Below are positions 10,941 to 25,020 of a stretch of DNA of 64,000 nt, one piece after another. Both the position numbers and the translations under genes were made by a program. The stretch is taken from the NCBI RefSeq assembly GCF_009914755.1, contig NC_060927.1. One strand, written 5' to 3'. This DNA comes from the human T2T-CHM13v2.0 reference genome, Homo sapiens. The notes below the pieces were generated by a model. It saw only the letters and a list, made by a program, of their open reading frames with translations. It ran no database searches and was not told where the DNA came from. Within the stretch, counting starts at the first letter, position 1; each line of letters opens with the position of its first letter.

Positions 10941-12576
10941 TCCTGCCTTTGCTGTTACCTTCTCTCCAACATGAATGCCCTCCATGCCCTACTCTGACGC
11001 CATGATTGGTGTCCCTGTATGTGAACATGGTCATCACCCTAGTTGGCCCTACTATCTCCATCAGACCACCCTTCTGCACTGATGGCCTTCTGAACCCAGC
11101 CAGGCTTCAACATTCCCTGCAGAATTTCCTGCTACATAGACATCCTGGGGCACCTTCACTAGAAAAATGTGGCTCCCTCCCATTACTGCCACAGATGTTT
11201 ACTTTGTTTTATTCTACATAAGGATTAAGATTAAATTGATATACAGGAAAAGAAACAGGAAAGGAGGGACAAGGGAAGGGGAGGGAAAGGGAGAATGAAT
11301 GAGGAAGGGCTAAGACATCCTTTCAAATCCAATTTATCCCAATATATTATTATATATTGGCAATATACAACAGAATGTCATAATGCACTCACATTTAAAC
11401 ATGATCATGTGTAAAATTTCTATAACCTTGGATGCTCCCATATGTCCCTAAAAAAGATCAAATACGTGTTTTTCTTGAGCTTGTAACATTAATGAGTATT
11501 TAACTTACTCACATTGCTTTTATTTTGCCAGCTCAGTGTCAAGAATTCATTTAGATGGCAGACATCAATGTGCACTTTAACACTAAACCATGAAAATATA
11601 TACTCACTAGAGTAAGTCCAAGCCATTATTCAGAGACATTTTAATTCCCATAGTTCATGTTGATATCTATCTCAAAAATATCAGGAAACAAGTCTTCATT
11701 TTTGCAACATTGGTTTGTTGTCATAGGTAAAAAATAATAATTAAGAGCAAACAGATACTGCCATAATTTAAAGTAATATGATTTATTTTCAATGGACACT
11801 AGCATGTTATAAAGCAATTTACAACATCAAACAAAGCCATAATGTTTCAGAATGGGTCATTTAGCATATTATATTATGGCACTTTACTTATTATAGCTTT
11901 GAAACTATTATGAAATTTTCTCAGCCAGCACTTTTTTCTTTGCAAGAATCCTTGTTTTTTTAATGTTGTTCTTTTTTTTTTTTTTGCATTTCCAGTGAAT
12001 TGAATCTGTTTCAATATTTAATCACTGTCTGAGTTTAGCAGGTATAAAAGATTTATGGTTTTATCTCATTATTAATATATTTACATAGCGCTTTTTTCTT
12101 TATTAGTGCCTAGGCTGAATAAATAATAATAATAATAAAATAGGTAAGAAAAGGAGAGGTGTCATTTTCTGTTTAATTCTCCTAGATTGTTGAATGAGAT
12201 TTTTGGATGAAACATACATCAATTTTAGAATATAATTAGATTTGAATGTGATTAGTGCCAACTTCATGCTGTCTAAAAAAGAGTTTATTTAATCAATTAT
12301 AACTGTTTCTTACGAAGTCAAGTTCTTGATTTGTGATTTCATTTTATTGTGTTCGGAGACCCTTGCTAAATATGTCATTAGGAGACAAAAGCTCAAATCC
12401 CTCGGCCTTCTTACTACAGTAATGTTTCATTTTAATTTAAATTCAACTCATAAAACATCTCTGTCCTTTTATAAACAAGGTGAAAAGATAAGTTCAATTC
12501 AGCCTACTGAAAGCATGTTCCTAGAATTAAAATACTGGCAAAGTATTTTAGTCTTCCTCTCAACACATCTGGCAAG

Positions 12577-12889
12577 TTTTTTAGTTTAGTTTTGTTTTGT
12601 TTTATTTTGTTTTTTTGAGATGGAGTTGCCCAGGCTGGAGTGCAGTGGCACGATCTCAGCTCACTGCAACCTCTGCCTCCTTGGTTCAAGCTGATTCTCC
12701 TGCCTCAGCCTCCCTAGGAGCAGGACTACAGGCACATGCCACCACGCCCAGCTATTTTTTGTATTTTTTAGTAGAGACTGGGTTTGGACATGTTCGTCAG
12801 GCTGGTATTGAACACCTGACCTCAAGTGACCCTCCCGCCTCAGCCTCCCAAAGTGCTGGGATTGTAGGCATGAGCCACTGTGCCCGGCC
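12577..12889 (-). mobile_element. AluS (Sx/Sz-like)
   Basis: Full dimer with (GTTTT)n tail; TSD ATCTGG(C/T)AAGTTT. Confidence 0.95.
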
Positions 12890-13904
12890 ATATCTGGTAA
12901 GTTTGAAAAAAAAAACCCAGTCACGGAGCCCATTCAGTTACCTCTGGCCCTCTGCTGTCCCCATCACAGCTACTTGGAATACTTGGGTTACTTTTTGATT
13001 CATAAGCGATATCTCATCATAGTCCCGAATTAACCAGCTGTTACTGATGGAGGCTTAAAATCACGTTTAGCAAACCTCTACCTTTCTCAACAATCATTGA
13101 AACAGCTGTCTCCAAATCTGCATACATATCCCCTATATACTTCGTGGTTATTGTTCCATTTTGAAGGGTTGTCATTTTAAAACTAAAAACTAAAAGACAT
13201 TTTTTTTCTCTAATTCTTTGCCCCCCAAATCTTCTAAACGTGTGTAAAACATTTTAGCCATACCACAGACTTCATTTGGTATTTGTATTGTGGCTGGTAT
13301 TAGTGCACAAGAAATGAAATACTATCTGAGAAAGTGTTTTGTAAAACATAGGACTTTGCTACTCTTTAGAAATGGGTGAGGATTTGAGGTGAGTGAGATT
13401 GTGGTATTCATGCAGTTGGTAGACTCAAATCATGCTGGCTCCCTGCTGAGGAATCCTGGGTCCTGATTCAGCTAGGTTGCCCAGCTACTTTCCCTCTTCT
13501 CACTTCAATGTTCTCTCAGGACCCGAGGAGAAACTGAACCTTATTTCCAATCTTTCTTGTCTCTTCCACCAGATGCTTGCTTAAATTCACCAACACTATG
13601 ACCTATTTTCTCGGGACCTTCTTTCCTAAAGCTACAGTAGAGTATTCCCTGATGTTGTATTAAAGGATGCTAACAAGTGAATGGATGCAACTGTATTAAT
13701 GGGGTCAGATGCAAAGAGACACCACCTTAAATGACATAAGGGACCCTAATAGTGGCCGTTTCAGGCCAGGTAGACCAACACTTGGAAGACAACATACTTC
13801 TGAAAGACTCAACTTTGCTGCCAATAATGAAAGCCAGTCCAAATAGGAAAGATCTTTCTACACAAAAACTAATAGTGTTCTTGTTCAACAGAACACAGTT
13901 GTGT

Positions 13905-14016
13905 GCCCAGCTGAGTCAGGAGAGCCAGAACGCCTAGGTTCGACTCCTGACTTCGAAAAAACTCTTTCGCTCTTCTGTGCCTCAACCTCCTCATCTGAGA
14001 AATGGAGAATCAATAA
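13905..14016 (+). mobile_element. MIR with an intact Pol III B box (GGTTCGACTCC, 13937-13947)
   Basis: B box followed by MIR core TCTGTGCCTCAACCTCCTCATCTGAGAAATGGAG. Confidence 0.7.
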
Positions 14017-14119
14017 ATTAGACGTGTAAGGACAATGTCAGAAGCTATTATTTTTAATGGCAGAATAACGTATTTGTTTTAAAAAAGGGTGGGGGACGGG
14101 ATTAGGACAAGACCCAATA

Positions 14120-14315
14120 CACAAATCCTGGCCATCTACGACAATTGGTGAGGTGTTGGCAAGGTTGCTTTTCTCCTCAGCGCCCTAGCATTTTTCATGT
14201 GTAAAACTGGAACTATCATGATACCTCCTTCATAGGGTTACTAGAAGATTAAGGAAATACATATAAGAATATCATCATCTGTCCCATAGTAAGAGCATGA
14301 CAAACATTAGCTGTC
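14120..14315 (+). mobile_element. MIR
   Basis: TTTTTCATGTGTAAAACTGG...ATACCTCCTTCATAGGGTTACTAGAAGATTAA core. Confidence 0.7.
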
Positions 14316-15059
14316 ACAATAGAAACACCTGAATTCAAATAGTATTATTGTACTTTATTAATCAAGGTACCCAAATCTATATAAGGTAGAGAATAACAAT
14401 AAATATTTCTACTGAATGCATTACACTATTTCTTTTAGCCCCTGCTTTTTACTTGCTTTTTGAACAAAGTAAAAATAAATCAAGTAAATAACTCTCTTTT
14501 TAATATAAAAGGCATTACACCAAGAGCAATATGGATAAGGAAAAAAACAGGTGAATTCATTCAAAATGCATTAACTTCAGAATTGGTTCTGAAAGGGCTA
14601 ATTGTAAAAGTCTCTTTTTACATGTGTTGTGTTCACAGGTGGTAAACACTGCACTAATAAAAAAGGACCCCGTGCGAAGCACCGTGGATGCCTTGCCAGA
14701 ACGAGTTTGTGTGGCCATACTAACAGCTGAAGCATTAAGTTCTCATATCGGGTTAGAAAGCAACTTTTCTCCCAATTAAGGAGCCAAAGAATATTTCTGT
14801 TTCCTGAAAGTAAATTATGACCCATAAATTAGGAATTTCAATGAAATATTTACCATTGACATGAACAAAAATTTATTTTATTTTTATTTTAAATTCATTT
14901 TAGTGGTAGACTGGAACACGAAAGACAGACACTCGTGATTTGAAGGCTTCCGTTCGCAGTGTATACATTACATTTGCTGCTGGACTCAGGACAATAAAAA
15001 TAATTTCCTGTTGCTGCTGCTGGTACTCTACTACAACTATTCATATTTCTTCCACCTAG

Positions 15060-15270
15060 TATTGATTAATCTTTTATGATGGACTAGCTAGGCACTTTAC
15101 ATGTATTAACACATTTGATTATCACAACAACCCTATCATGGAGACTCTATTATTAATCTCATTTTAAAGATAAAAAGACTAAAGGACCAAAACATTGAAT
15201 ACCTTTTCCAAAGGCCTCCAGAAGAAAACATCAGATAGTCTGACTCAAGAGTATTCTTATGCTGTACCAC
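15060..15270 (-). mobile_element. MIR
   Basis: GCACTTTACATGTATTAACACATTTGATTATCACAACAACCCTAT. Confidence 0.65.
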
Positions 15271-16689
15271 ATCTCTATATTAAACTTGAGGCATTCTGAA
15301 AAAAATTGAATATTGTTCCTATTGAATTTTTTTTCTCTCTTATTCCTTCTAACTGGACAAGAACCTATACTTTCAAGTGTTGTATGTGTGTATGTGTGTG
15401 TGTAAAATTTATAGCTCGAGACAATGATGTCTATTTTCTATTTAATGGTATGTGAAATCAGCTGGCTGTCTTGATCTAGTAGCCGAGACACAGGTGCTCA
15501 TATTACAAAATAAATAGTGGCAAAAATTGAATGGACATTTACGGTAGCAGGCACTGGGAAGAGAGAAAGAAAGGTGAAGACACTGTAAATTGAATGACTT
15601 CACCTTAGCAGAGGTCTCTGTTGTCTGGCATCATGAGTTCATGGAATAAGTCTGCTCTTGCTTGCTAGAAGGTTGTCTCTATCTTTCTTAATGAATGACT
15701 TGATAGATTTCTTAATGAATGACTTGATAGTTGTACAAAACGTGCAAAAATTTGTCCTCGTCTCAAAAACAAAAAGAATGGCAAGATAGAGATGGAGGAT
15801 GAGATAGCATCTTTTGGAAACTATCAGCACCTAATTAGTCCTGAACAAAGGTAGTTGTGAGGTCCAAACCCTCTTGTGCCCTGTTTTTCTACACCCTCAT
15901 GGTAATTGGTATGACTTTCACAAATTACAGAAAAAGACACCCATTTGACAAGGGAACTGAAGGTGGTGAAGACATACTGGCAGGCTACAGCATTTCAACC
16001 CAGGGGTTAATTCTGAAACTCTCTCACCATCAATGTAAAATTTTTCATCTATGAATTCCCACGTACAAAGAAAAGGAAAGGGAAAGGAAACAGCCTTCTT
16101 AGCCAGGGCAATTTATTAGCATTGCTCAGGTCCGTGCAAGAATGTAAACTAGGACTTTTGTGAAACGTCTTGTAATATATTCAAATCAGTTCTTCCAAAT
16201 CCTCATGTTCTTTTTGAGCTGATTTAGTTGCACTTCGCTCCTGGGAAAACCCAGGAAGAGGGTTTGTGAACTGCATACATCTGTAATCCAAATGATAGCA
16301 ATTTACTGCGAAATGTTTGACAAATATTGGCAGGCTGATTATTTACCAAAGCTATTCCTGCTTTTGGATAAAAAGGGGACAATTTATTGATTAAATTGGG
16401 AGATAAAGACTTCATTACACTGCTATTATTAAAATCTGAGAAACCACCTGTTTCTTGCATCTTAATCTCATCCAAGATTCTTGTTAAGAGTAAAAAGAAA
16501 TTGTAATCAAGCTGCCACAAAGGGGAAATGAATCGTTCTATATGTGCTCACTCTGTAAGTTATGAATTTTGTTAATTCATGATAGCTAATTACATACATA
16601 CATGCAAAAGTTTCTTAGTTATAAAACTCTGTATGTAATTTCCAAAAGCCACCATTGCCTCTATTTTCAATCCATTCTCACTAAATGGT

Positions 16690-16900
16690 ATTATAATAGC
16701 TAGTACATGTTAAGTACACAGGACATGCCATGAAAAAGCTTGACAGAAATTAATTGATTTAATCCTCCAAACAGCTCCATTTAAAGAGTAATATTATTAC
16801 CTCCACTTTTACAAAGGATAAGACTGAGGTACAGGGTAGTTAAGAAACTTGTCCAAGGTCACACAGAAGTAATTACCAGAAGGGAGGCTGGGACTCCAAG
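16690..16900 (-). mobile_element. MIR
   Basis: TTTTACAAAGGATAAGACTGAGGTACAGGGTAGTTAAGAAACTTGTCCAAGGTCACACAG. Confidence 0.75.
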
Positions 16901-17544
16901 CTTTCATTCTGAACTTTAGCAAAATGGGTTAGGCTCTCAACAAATATTTAAAATGAGCTCAACTACTATTTTCTAAATGTGGAATGACAATTATGAAATT
17001 CATTACTTTGGACCCCATTTAGACCTCCTCTGTAAACATAACTCGTTTTTTTAAAAAAATTCATATAACTATATTTTCATCCGGTTATTGCCTATACAAT
17101 GACTTCTCAAAGACATAGCAGAAAAAACAGCTGAATTTTATAAGAATGTTTAAGTTTCACAAATGTGTAGGAATAGCAGAGGGTCGATATTTAGACAGCC
17201 ATTCTCACTCCTTTTTTTCCTAAATAGTTACTTCTTAAGTAGACGTTGGTCTCTTTTAAGCTAACAACTAGAATGATTCAAGAAAAATGCTAGTGAAGCA
17301 CTATCAGGAATTTCTTAATGATACCATATCATACTAGGAAGGTAATTCAGAAATGAGCTGCCTTCATTGTCCATCATGCCCCACTTAATCCCTAACATTT
17401 TTGACAGAAGTATTTAGCCAATGTGAACACTTCCTCGTAGTATGGCCCATTCCTTCTTTGAACAGTTTTAATTATTTTAAGATATCTCTTACATGAAACC
17501 AAGTACTGCTTTCTTCAAACCCCACATATTCTTCTCTTTCTTTA

Positions 17545-18016
17545 GTGTGTGTGGGACTGGTGACCACTAACCCAAAGAATCCAGCAAAGGTGATGAGATG
17601 TTTCTTCTGTGGCTATGCTATATAGGATTGCAAAATCTGTCTTGCTGGGAGACAGGCTCCCTTACTGGCATTAAAGAAGCAAGCTGCCATGTTGTGAGAT
17701 GTCCTGCAGAGGGGACAGCATGGTGGCCTTTAGTCAATAGCCCACAAGAGACTAAGGTCCTCTGTCCAACAGGCTGCAAGGAACTGAATTTTGTCAACAA
17801 ACACATGAGCTTGGAAGCAGATCCTTCCCCTTTGAAATCTAAGACTCCCATTTTGGCTAACAATTTCATTGCAGCCTGTGAAAGATCATGACATAGAAGA
17901 TGCAGTTAAGCTGTCCCTGGATTCCCGAACGACAGAAACTGTGAGACAATAAATGAGTGCTGTTTTTAGTATCTAAATTTGTGATGATTTTGTTAGGCAG
18001 CAATAGATAACTAAAA
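17545..18016 (+). mobile_element. MLT1 (MLT1E/F-like) MaLR LTR
   Basis: AAGAAGCAAGCTGCCATGTTGTGAG, CAAGGAACTGAATT and ACAGAAACTGTGAGACAATAAA...GCAGCAATAGATAACTAA. Confidence 0.85.
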
Positions 18017-18109
18017 ACTACGTATCACAGTTTGAATGCTAATTCTCCTTAAGAGGCTTCATTAAAAATAATAAAATTCTATTATTAGTTGTATCACAAC
18101 AACAATAGA

Positions 18110-19055
18110 GGCAGCCCTTTATTGAGTATCTACTATGTGCCAGACACTCTCACTTCACTAGATTCTTTCCCCCTCCTTCCACCCCCTTTTCTTTTTTTAA
18201 AGTTTCGGGATTCATGTGCAGGATATGCAGGTTTGTTATATGGGTAAACTTGTGCCATGGTGGCTTGCTGCACCTATCAACCCATCACCGAGGTGTTAAG
18301 CTTGGCATGCATTAGCTAGTTTTCCTGATGCTCTCCCCCACCCACCCGCCCCCAACAGACCCCAGAGTGTGTTGTTCCCCTCCCTGTGTCCGTGTGTTCT
18401 CATTTTTCAGCTCCCACTTATAAGTGAGAACATGGGGTGTTTGGTTTTCTGTTCCTGTGTTTGTTTGCTGAGTATAATGGCTTCCAGCTCTATCTATGTC
18501 CCTGCAAAGGACAAGATCTCATTCCTTTTTATGGCTGCATAATATTCCATTGTGTATATGTACCACATTTTCTTTATCCAGTCTATCACTGATGGGCATT
18601 TCGGTTGATTCCATGTCATTGCTATTGTGAATGGTGCTGCAGTGAACATATGCTTGCATGTATCTTTATAACAGAATGATTTATATTCCTTTGGTTGTAT
18701 GCCCAGTAATGGGATTGCTGGATTGAATGGTATTTCTGTCTTTAGGTTTTTGAGGAGTCACCACACTGTCTTCCACAATGGTTGAACTAATTCACATTCT
18801 GACACAACAGTGTAAAAGTGTTCCTTTTTCTCTGCAACCTCGCCAGCATCTGTTGTTTTCTGACTTTTTAATAATTGCCATTGTGACTGGCGACTTCACT
18901 AGATTCTATACACAAATCATCTCATTTGTTTTCATAAGAACCTTAAAGAAAAGGCATTATTAGTATTTCTAGTTTAAGAAACTGATGGTCAGAGAACACA
19001 AGTAACTCAAGGTCATACGACTAGAGTGTAAGGAAACTGCAATTAAAGCCAAGCC
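18110..19055 (-). mobile_element. MIR split by an L1PA insertion (pieces about 18110-18166 and 18893-19055)
   Basis: TTTATTGAGTATCTACTATGTGCCAGACACT before the L1; AAGAAACTGATGGTCAGAGA...CAAGGTCATACGACTAG after it. Confidence 0.65.
18167..18892 (-). mobile_element. 5'-truncated L1PA (about L1PA8-10) 3' end
   Basis: L1PA 3' UTR (CAGCTCCCACTTATAAGTGAGAACATG); exact 15-bp TSD ACTTCACTAGATTCT at 18152-18166 and 18893-18907. Confidence 0.93.
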
Positions 19056-19144
19056 TTTTCACTGTGCCTTGCTGCTGCCTAATTCATTGGTTGAAATAAA
19101 CCAAAACAAAAATAAAAATTTGGATTTAATTTTTTAAAAACCAG

Positions 19145-19298
19145 GACTGGGCCCAGTGGCGTACATCTGTAATCCCAGTGTTTTGGGAGGCTGAGGAAGG
19201 TGGATCGCCTGAGCTCAGGAGGGCGAAGTGACAGTGAGCCATGATGGCAACACCACCCTCCAGCCTCAGTGACAGAGTAAGACCTTTTCTCTCAAAAA
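19145..19298 (+). mobile_element. Monomeric Alu (FRAM/AluJ right-arm-like)
   Basis: Single arm containing CAGTGAGCCATGATGGCAACACCACCCTCCAGCCT and a short A tail. Confidence 0.8.
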
Positions 19299-19545
19299 CA
19301 GCAACAGCAGTTATTAATATTTAATGTTATTAAAGTGTTTCTCTTTGGCAAACATGGTTCTAGGCCTCAGACAGCCATTGGCATATCACAGTCACGGGAT
19401 GGCACATCATATATTTGGATTTGGATGGTTTACCTCTCATTAGTACCATCCCACCCCTATGCCTCACCACGTCTTATCTGCAGTAGACTCAACTTTCCCA
19501 GTACTTCAACCACTTTCACCATTTCATGTAGAATGTTTTCTTTTC

Positions 19546-19812
19546 TACTTTTTTTTTCTTTATTGGGGGAGGGGATGGGGTTTACTTTGTCACCCAGCTT
19601 GGAGTGCAGTGGTGCCATCACTGCTCACTGCAGCCTTAACCTCCCAGGCTCAAGCAATCCTCTTGCCTCAGCCTCAGCTGGGTCTACAGGCATGCACCTG
19701 GCTACTTAAAAAAAAAAAAAGGTAGGCTGGTCTTGAACTACTGGCCTCAAGCATTTCTCCCACCTTGGCCTCCCAAAGTACTGGGATTACAGGCATGAAC
19801 CACCACAATCAG
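19546..19812 (-). mobile_element. AluJo with internal deletions
   Basis: GCTCACTGCAGCCTTAACCTCCCAGGCTCAAGCAATCCTC (J diagnostics). Confidence 0.9.
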
Positions 19813-19899
19813 TCTACGATGTTTTCTTGAATTGCTTTTGCTTTCATTTTGGCTTCTTCTCAGTATTTCTGTAACTTTTACTTTTTATATCTCTTTAAC

Positions 19900-20830
<931 letters not shown>

Positions 20831-22059
20831 TGGAATGCCCCCACAAGAATATGAGACACCATCTGCCATCGATAAGGACAAAGTATGTCCCTTCAGGGTC
20901 TAAATTTGCTGGAGCCTTTGGTCACATTTTTGTTAGATCCCAGGATATTGTTGTTCTATATGTTGTAAACAGAAACAACCATAGTGAATCTTCAATTGGT
21001 ATTTTTTTTTGTCGTATTTTAACACCAACATACGGGGAAAGCTTAGAAACAAGTGTCCTGTCTGTTAATGAATTTTAAACCTCAGGGATTTCAGTTGTTA
21101 AAGACCTTCCTTTATTATCAGCCATGAAAATTAGTATTCAGAAAGAATTTTGAAAACCAATTATTCTTAAGTTTGATAATCATGAATTGGGGGATGAATT
21201 TTTAACAATCATTGTCCCAAAGATATTACCACAAATACATTGGTGCTATTAAATACTTTTATGTATCTATTTCCCTTCTCAAAAGGCCTTCCTTTAAGCC
21301 ACTTTTCCTACAGAGACATTTCACTTTAACATGAAAGTCATAGTGTGTCTCCTCTAGAATATTCGCAGATGATTGTCTTCATTTATCAGGAACACATATT
21401 TAAACAGTTTGCACTATTTCAGTTTTCCTTGTGAAGCAGAAGTATTCATCATACCAGTTGAGGCTTATATTACCCTGTAGCAAAGCGATTTATCATATCC
21501 CTACATCAGCAACTTCTTTGATTATTAAAATTCTCTTGCAGAGGTACACTTAGTTGCACACAAGCTGCTGTCTAATGAATTTTCTTTATTATTTGACCTG
21601 AAGTTCAGGGAATCTGCATATTAAGACATATTATTCAAAAGCAGTGATAGAGCATGCAGAACCAGATTAATTAAACTCATAGCTGGAAATACTTTAGCAG
21701 AATTTAATACTTGGCATATGTAAGCGAACAACCCTCAGGAAATACCAGTGTGAATCATTTTTTCTCCTTTAGAAACAATTTTTATTTCCTAAATTTGGTC
21801 TGCTATAAAATGGTAATTTGTGAAGCTCCAGAATTATTGGTTCAATTTTGAATAGTAATTATAACTAAGGGTATGTGTAATTGACTCAAGTTACTAATGA
21901 CCACCCTTTTCCTAATTATTCAATATTATTTCAGTTAATATTTATTAAGCATTCTTTTGTCAGCCTGACACTGTGCTGGTTTCTTTCAGAGATGTCAAAG
22001 AGGTTTACACATTTCTTCTGGCTTCAAGGAGTTTGTAATCTAACTGGAGAGGGAAGACT

Positions 22060-22370
22060 CATCCATTGAAACTATATGGGCATCTAATTTCTCCTCCATG
22101 TGATATCTCTAATAGCCAGCCAGGTTTAGATTTATTATCCAAAAAACATGATTTCAGGTTTCCAAAGGTAGCCAAAAGGATCACACCTCAATGTTCAATT
22201 CTTTTCAAGCTTCTGCTTGCATCATGGTGGCTAACAACCTATTGGACAAGACAAGTGACACAGTCATGCCCAGATTTGAGGGGTAGAGAAATAAACTGCA
22301 CCTCTTGATGATGGAATGGCAAAAGGTCCTGCATAAAGAGATAATGTATCCATCTTTGAGAGCCTCCCAT
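22060..22370 (-). mobile_element. MLT1H/J-like LTR fragment
   Basis: TTTCAAGCTTCTGCTTGCATCA...CTATTGGACAAGACAAGTGACA...CCCAGATTTGAGGGGTAGAGAAATAAACTGCACCTCTTGATG. Confidence 0.65.
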
Positions 22371-22476
22371 TACAATTAAACCAGAATTTCTGGAGTGGAA
22401 TAAGGACAGAGAATTTTTTAAAAAGCATTTTAGGTGACTCCAGTATGTAACCAATTTGAGGGCCAGCTGTTTTGAC

Positions 22477-22668
22477 CAGTTCTTCTCAAACTCTGGTGTG
22501 CATCAGAATCACCTGGTAATCTTGTTAAACTACAGATTTGTGAACCCATCCCCAGGGACACTGATTCAACATCTGTGGAGTTAGGGACTGACACTTTGCA
22601 GCGCTAACAAGCTCCCAGGTGATGCTGATGCTACAGGTGCTTTATCTACATTTTGATTAGCATTAATT
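22477..22668. mobile_element. MER5A (hAT-Charlie MITE), preceded by another MER5 fragment at about 22400-22470
   Basis: CAGTTCTTCTCAAACT...GCATCAGAATCACCTGG...TAACAAGCTCCCAGGTGATGCTGATGC. Confidence 0.85.
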
Positions 22669-23292
22669 TAAACCACGGTGCAAAGTTAATTATATGTATG
22701 ATATGTAATAAGTTTCTATTCATTTGGCTGAGTTCCTGTGAACAGTTTGTCAATTTTACAAGTTGGAAAAGTTAAATCTCCCACATCATACACAGGGACC
22801 AATCTTATCATATGACCAGGAAAATGGGGAGAAGTCCTTCATCAGCAGTTCAAAGTTAAGTATTTGAGCATCATAGGACACTTGATACTGTCCCTGCATT
22901 AATCTCCTGCCTTGTTTCTTGTAACTCACTTCCTGGGCTCCCGCTATGCATCTTTTTTCATCCTACTACTGCACTATGGCTGTTTTATTCTTGGTACACC
23001 CGATCCATCCCTCTGTTCCCAAATGGGAATTGAGATCTTGCCTTGTTCTCCACACTGATTTAAAGAACTAAGCCTTCCCAGCAGCTTTCTGCCACTAGAT
23101 TTTATACATCCAACCTGCCAACTTCATATTGTATTTGCCTTCTGGTTTTTTCTCTTTGTGCTGGTTGTTTTCCTTTGGCTCTCCCCAGACCCACACTCCT
23201 GCCTTGTCTGCTCTATTCCTGCCTCAGAGGTTGATCTCTTATATAATATATTGCATCACTGGGGATTTCTTGCTGCCTGGTTTCCTGTACAC

Positions 23293-23664
23293 AAGTGGTT
23301 CTCAGAGTAAAGTTCCTGGACCACCAGCAGCATTACCATCACTTGGAAACTTTTTTCATTAGAACTGCAAATTTTGCTGGACATGGTGGCTTATGCTTGT
23401 AATCCTAGCACTTTGAGAGGCTGAAGCAGGAGAATTGCTTGAGGCCAGGAGTTCAAGACCAGCCTGGGCAACATAGCAAGATCCCCATCTCTACAAAAAA
23501 AAAAAAAAAGGAAAAGAAAAAAAAGAAAATTAAATAGAACTAAAAATTTTGGGGCACCACGTCAAGGCTAGTAAATCAGAAACTCTGTAGGTGAGGCCCA
23601 GCAATCTATATTTCAACCAGTCTTTCTGAGGACTCTGATGCATGCTAAAGTTTGAAAACCACTG
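23293..23664. mobile_element. MER5A interrupted by FLAM_C
   Basis: AGTGGTTCTCA...CCAGCAGCAT...AATCAGAAACTCTG...CTAAAGTTTGAAAACCACTG. Confidence 0.85.
23376..23534 (+). mobile_element. FLAM_C (free left Alu monomer)
   Basis: Left arm only, ends CCCCATCTCTAC plus long A tail; TSD TAGAACT(GC/AA)AAATTT. Confidence 0.88.
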
Positions 23665-24619
23665 ACATAGGATATAGCTGATGCCAGTCACTGGCAGGTC
23701 TATGTACAGACAGAGAGAGTAGAAGGTCTGTTTCTCCCCTTGATTCCTTCCTGCTCTGGGCTGCATTTTCTTACAGAGTTTGCATGCCTCCACAACTTAA
23801 AGCTCTTACCAGGCAGCCTTTCCTCCAAAATTGCATTTCACTCTGGTCTCCAATAATATTATTTCCTCCTCTCCATGCTTCAAGCTTAAGAGTTGTAACA
23901 GCTTCCTGCCATTGCTATGGTCTAGGCCTCAACATCCGTTTTTGTTTTCTTTAACTTACGTACATATCAGTAAATATTCTCATTCTTAATGTCTCCTAAA
24001 CTTTTGATTACATTCTGTTTCCTGCTGGCACCCTCAGGTACTGCTGCCCGTGAATTTCCTTTTCCTAGCCTTCTTTATCCTGAGTCCTCTCACCCAAGAT
24101 CTAGCTCAGATCATGATGATTAATAAAGTTGGGATAAATGTTACTTACATAAAGGTGTGGTTTCTTATAAAGGCAATCTTGAGAGCATGAAAGCATTACA
24201 GTTCATGAAGCCAGGAAAACAGAGCCCTTCCTAGAGTTCCTAAAATCTCATTGCACAGGCAGCCTGTCAGTGAGTACACACACATGCTATGATACACATG
24301 TACTGTGTGTGTGTGATGTATGTGTTGTGTATAAGTGTGCATAAGGGAAAAAATGAGCATCAAGATTTTCCGGCAAAATAAGTAACGAAACCCTGTTAAT
24401 CTCCTGGCAGCTGCTTCAGATGTCAGAATACATTTGTCAAAAAAACAATAGAATCTGGTTTGAACAGCTCTTCTGTTTGGGAAAAAAAAGAAAAAGTGAA
24501 ACTTAGCAAGAATGTGAACTAGATCATAAACCCAACTGGGTACTAATGAAGATGGTATGCTTCCAATTTCAGTGGTCTTTCCTGGTCAACGATGTTGTGC
24601 TTGTTTTTGTTGTTCCTTT

Positions 24620-25020
<401 letters not shown>

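Larger units (their letters stand above)
23157..24040 (+). mobile_element. LTR33-like ERVL LTR interrupted by MER5A
   Basis: TGTGCTGGTTGTTTTCCTTTGG start; GTTGTAACAGCTTCCTGCCATTGCTA and TCTGTTTCCTGCTGGCACCCT near the end. Confidence 0.65.

Noticed and set aside
12504-12998. Alu-derived ORFs (also near 37.0, 39.7, 44.4, 48.0, 50.5, 56.8 and 60.5 kb)
   Set aside because: These are standard Alu translation frames; the KERK repeats come from the TTTC microsatellite.
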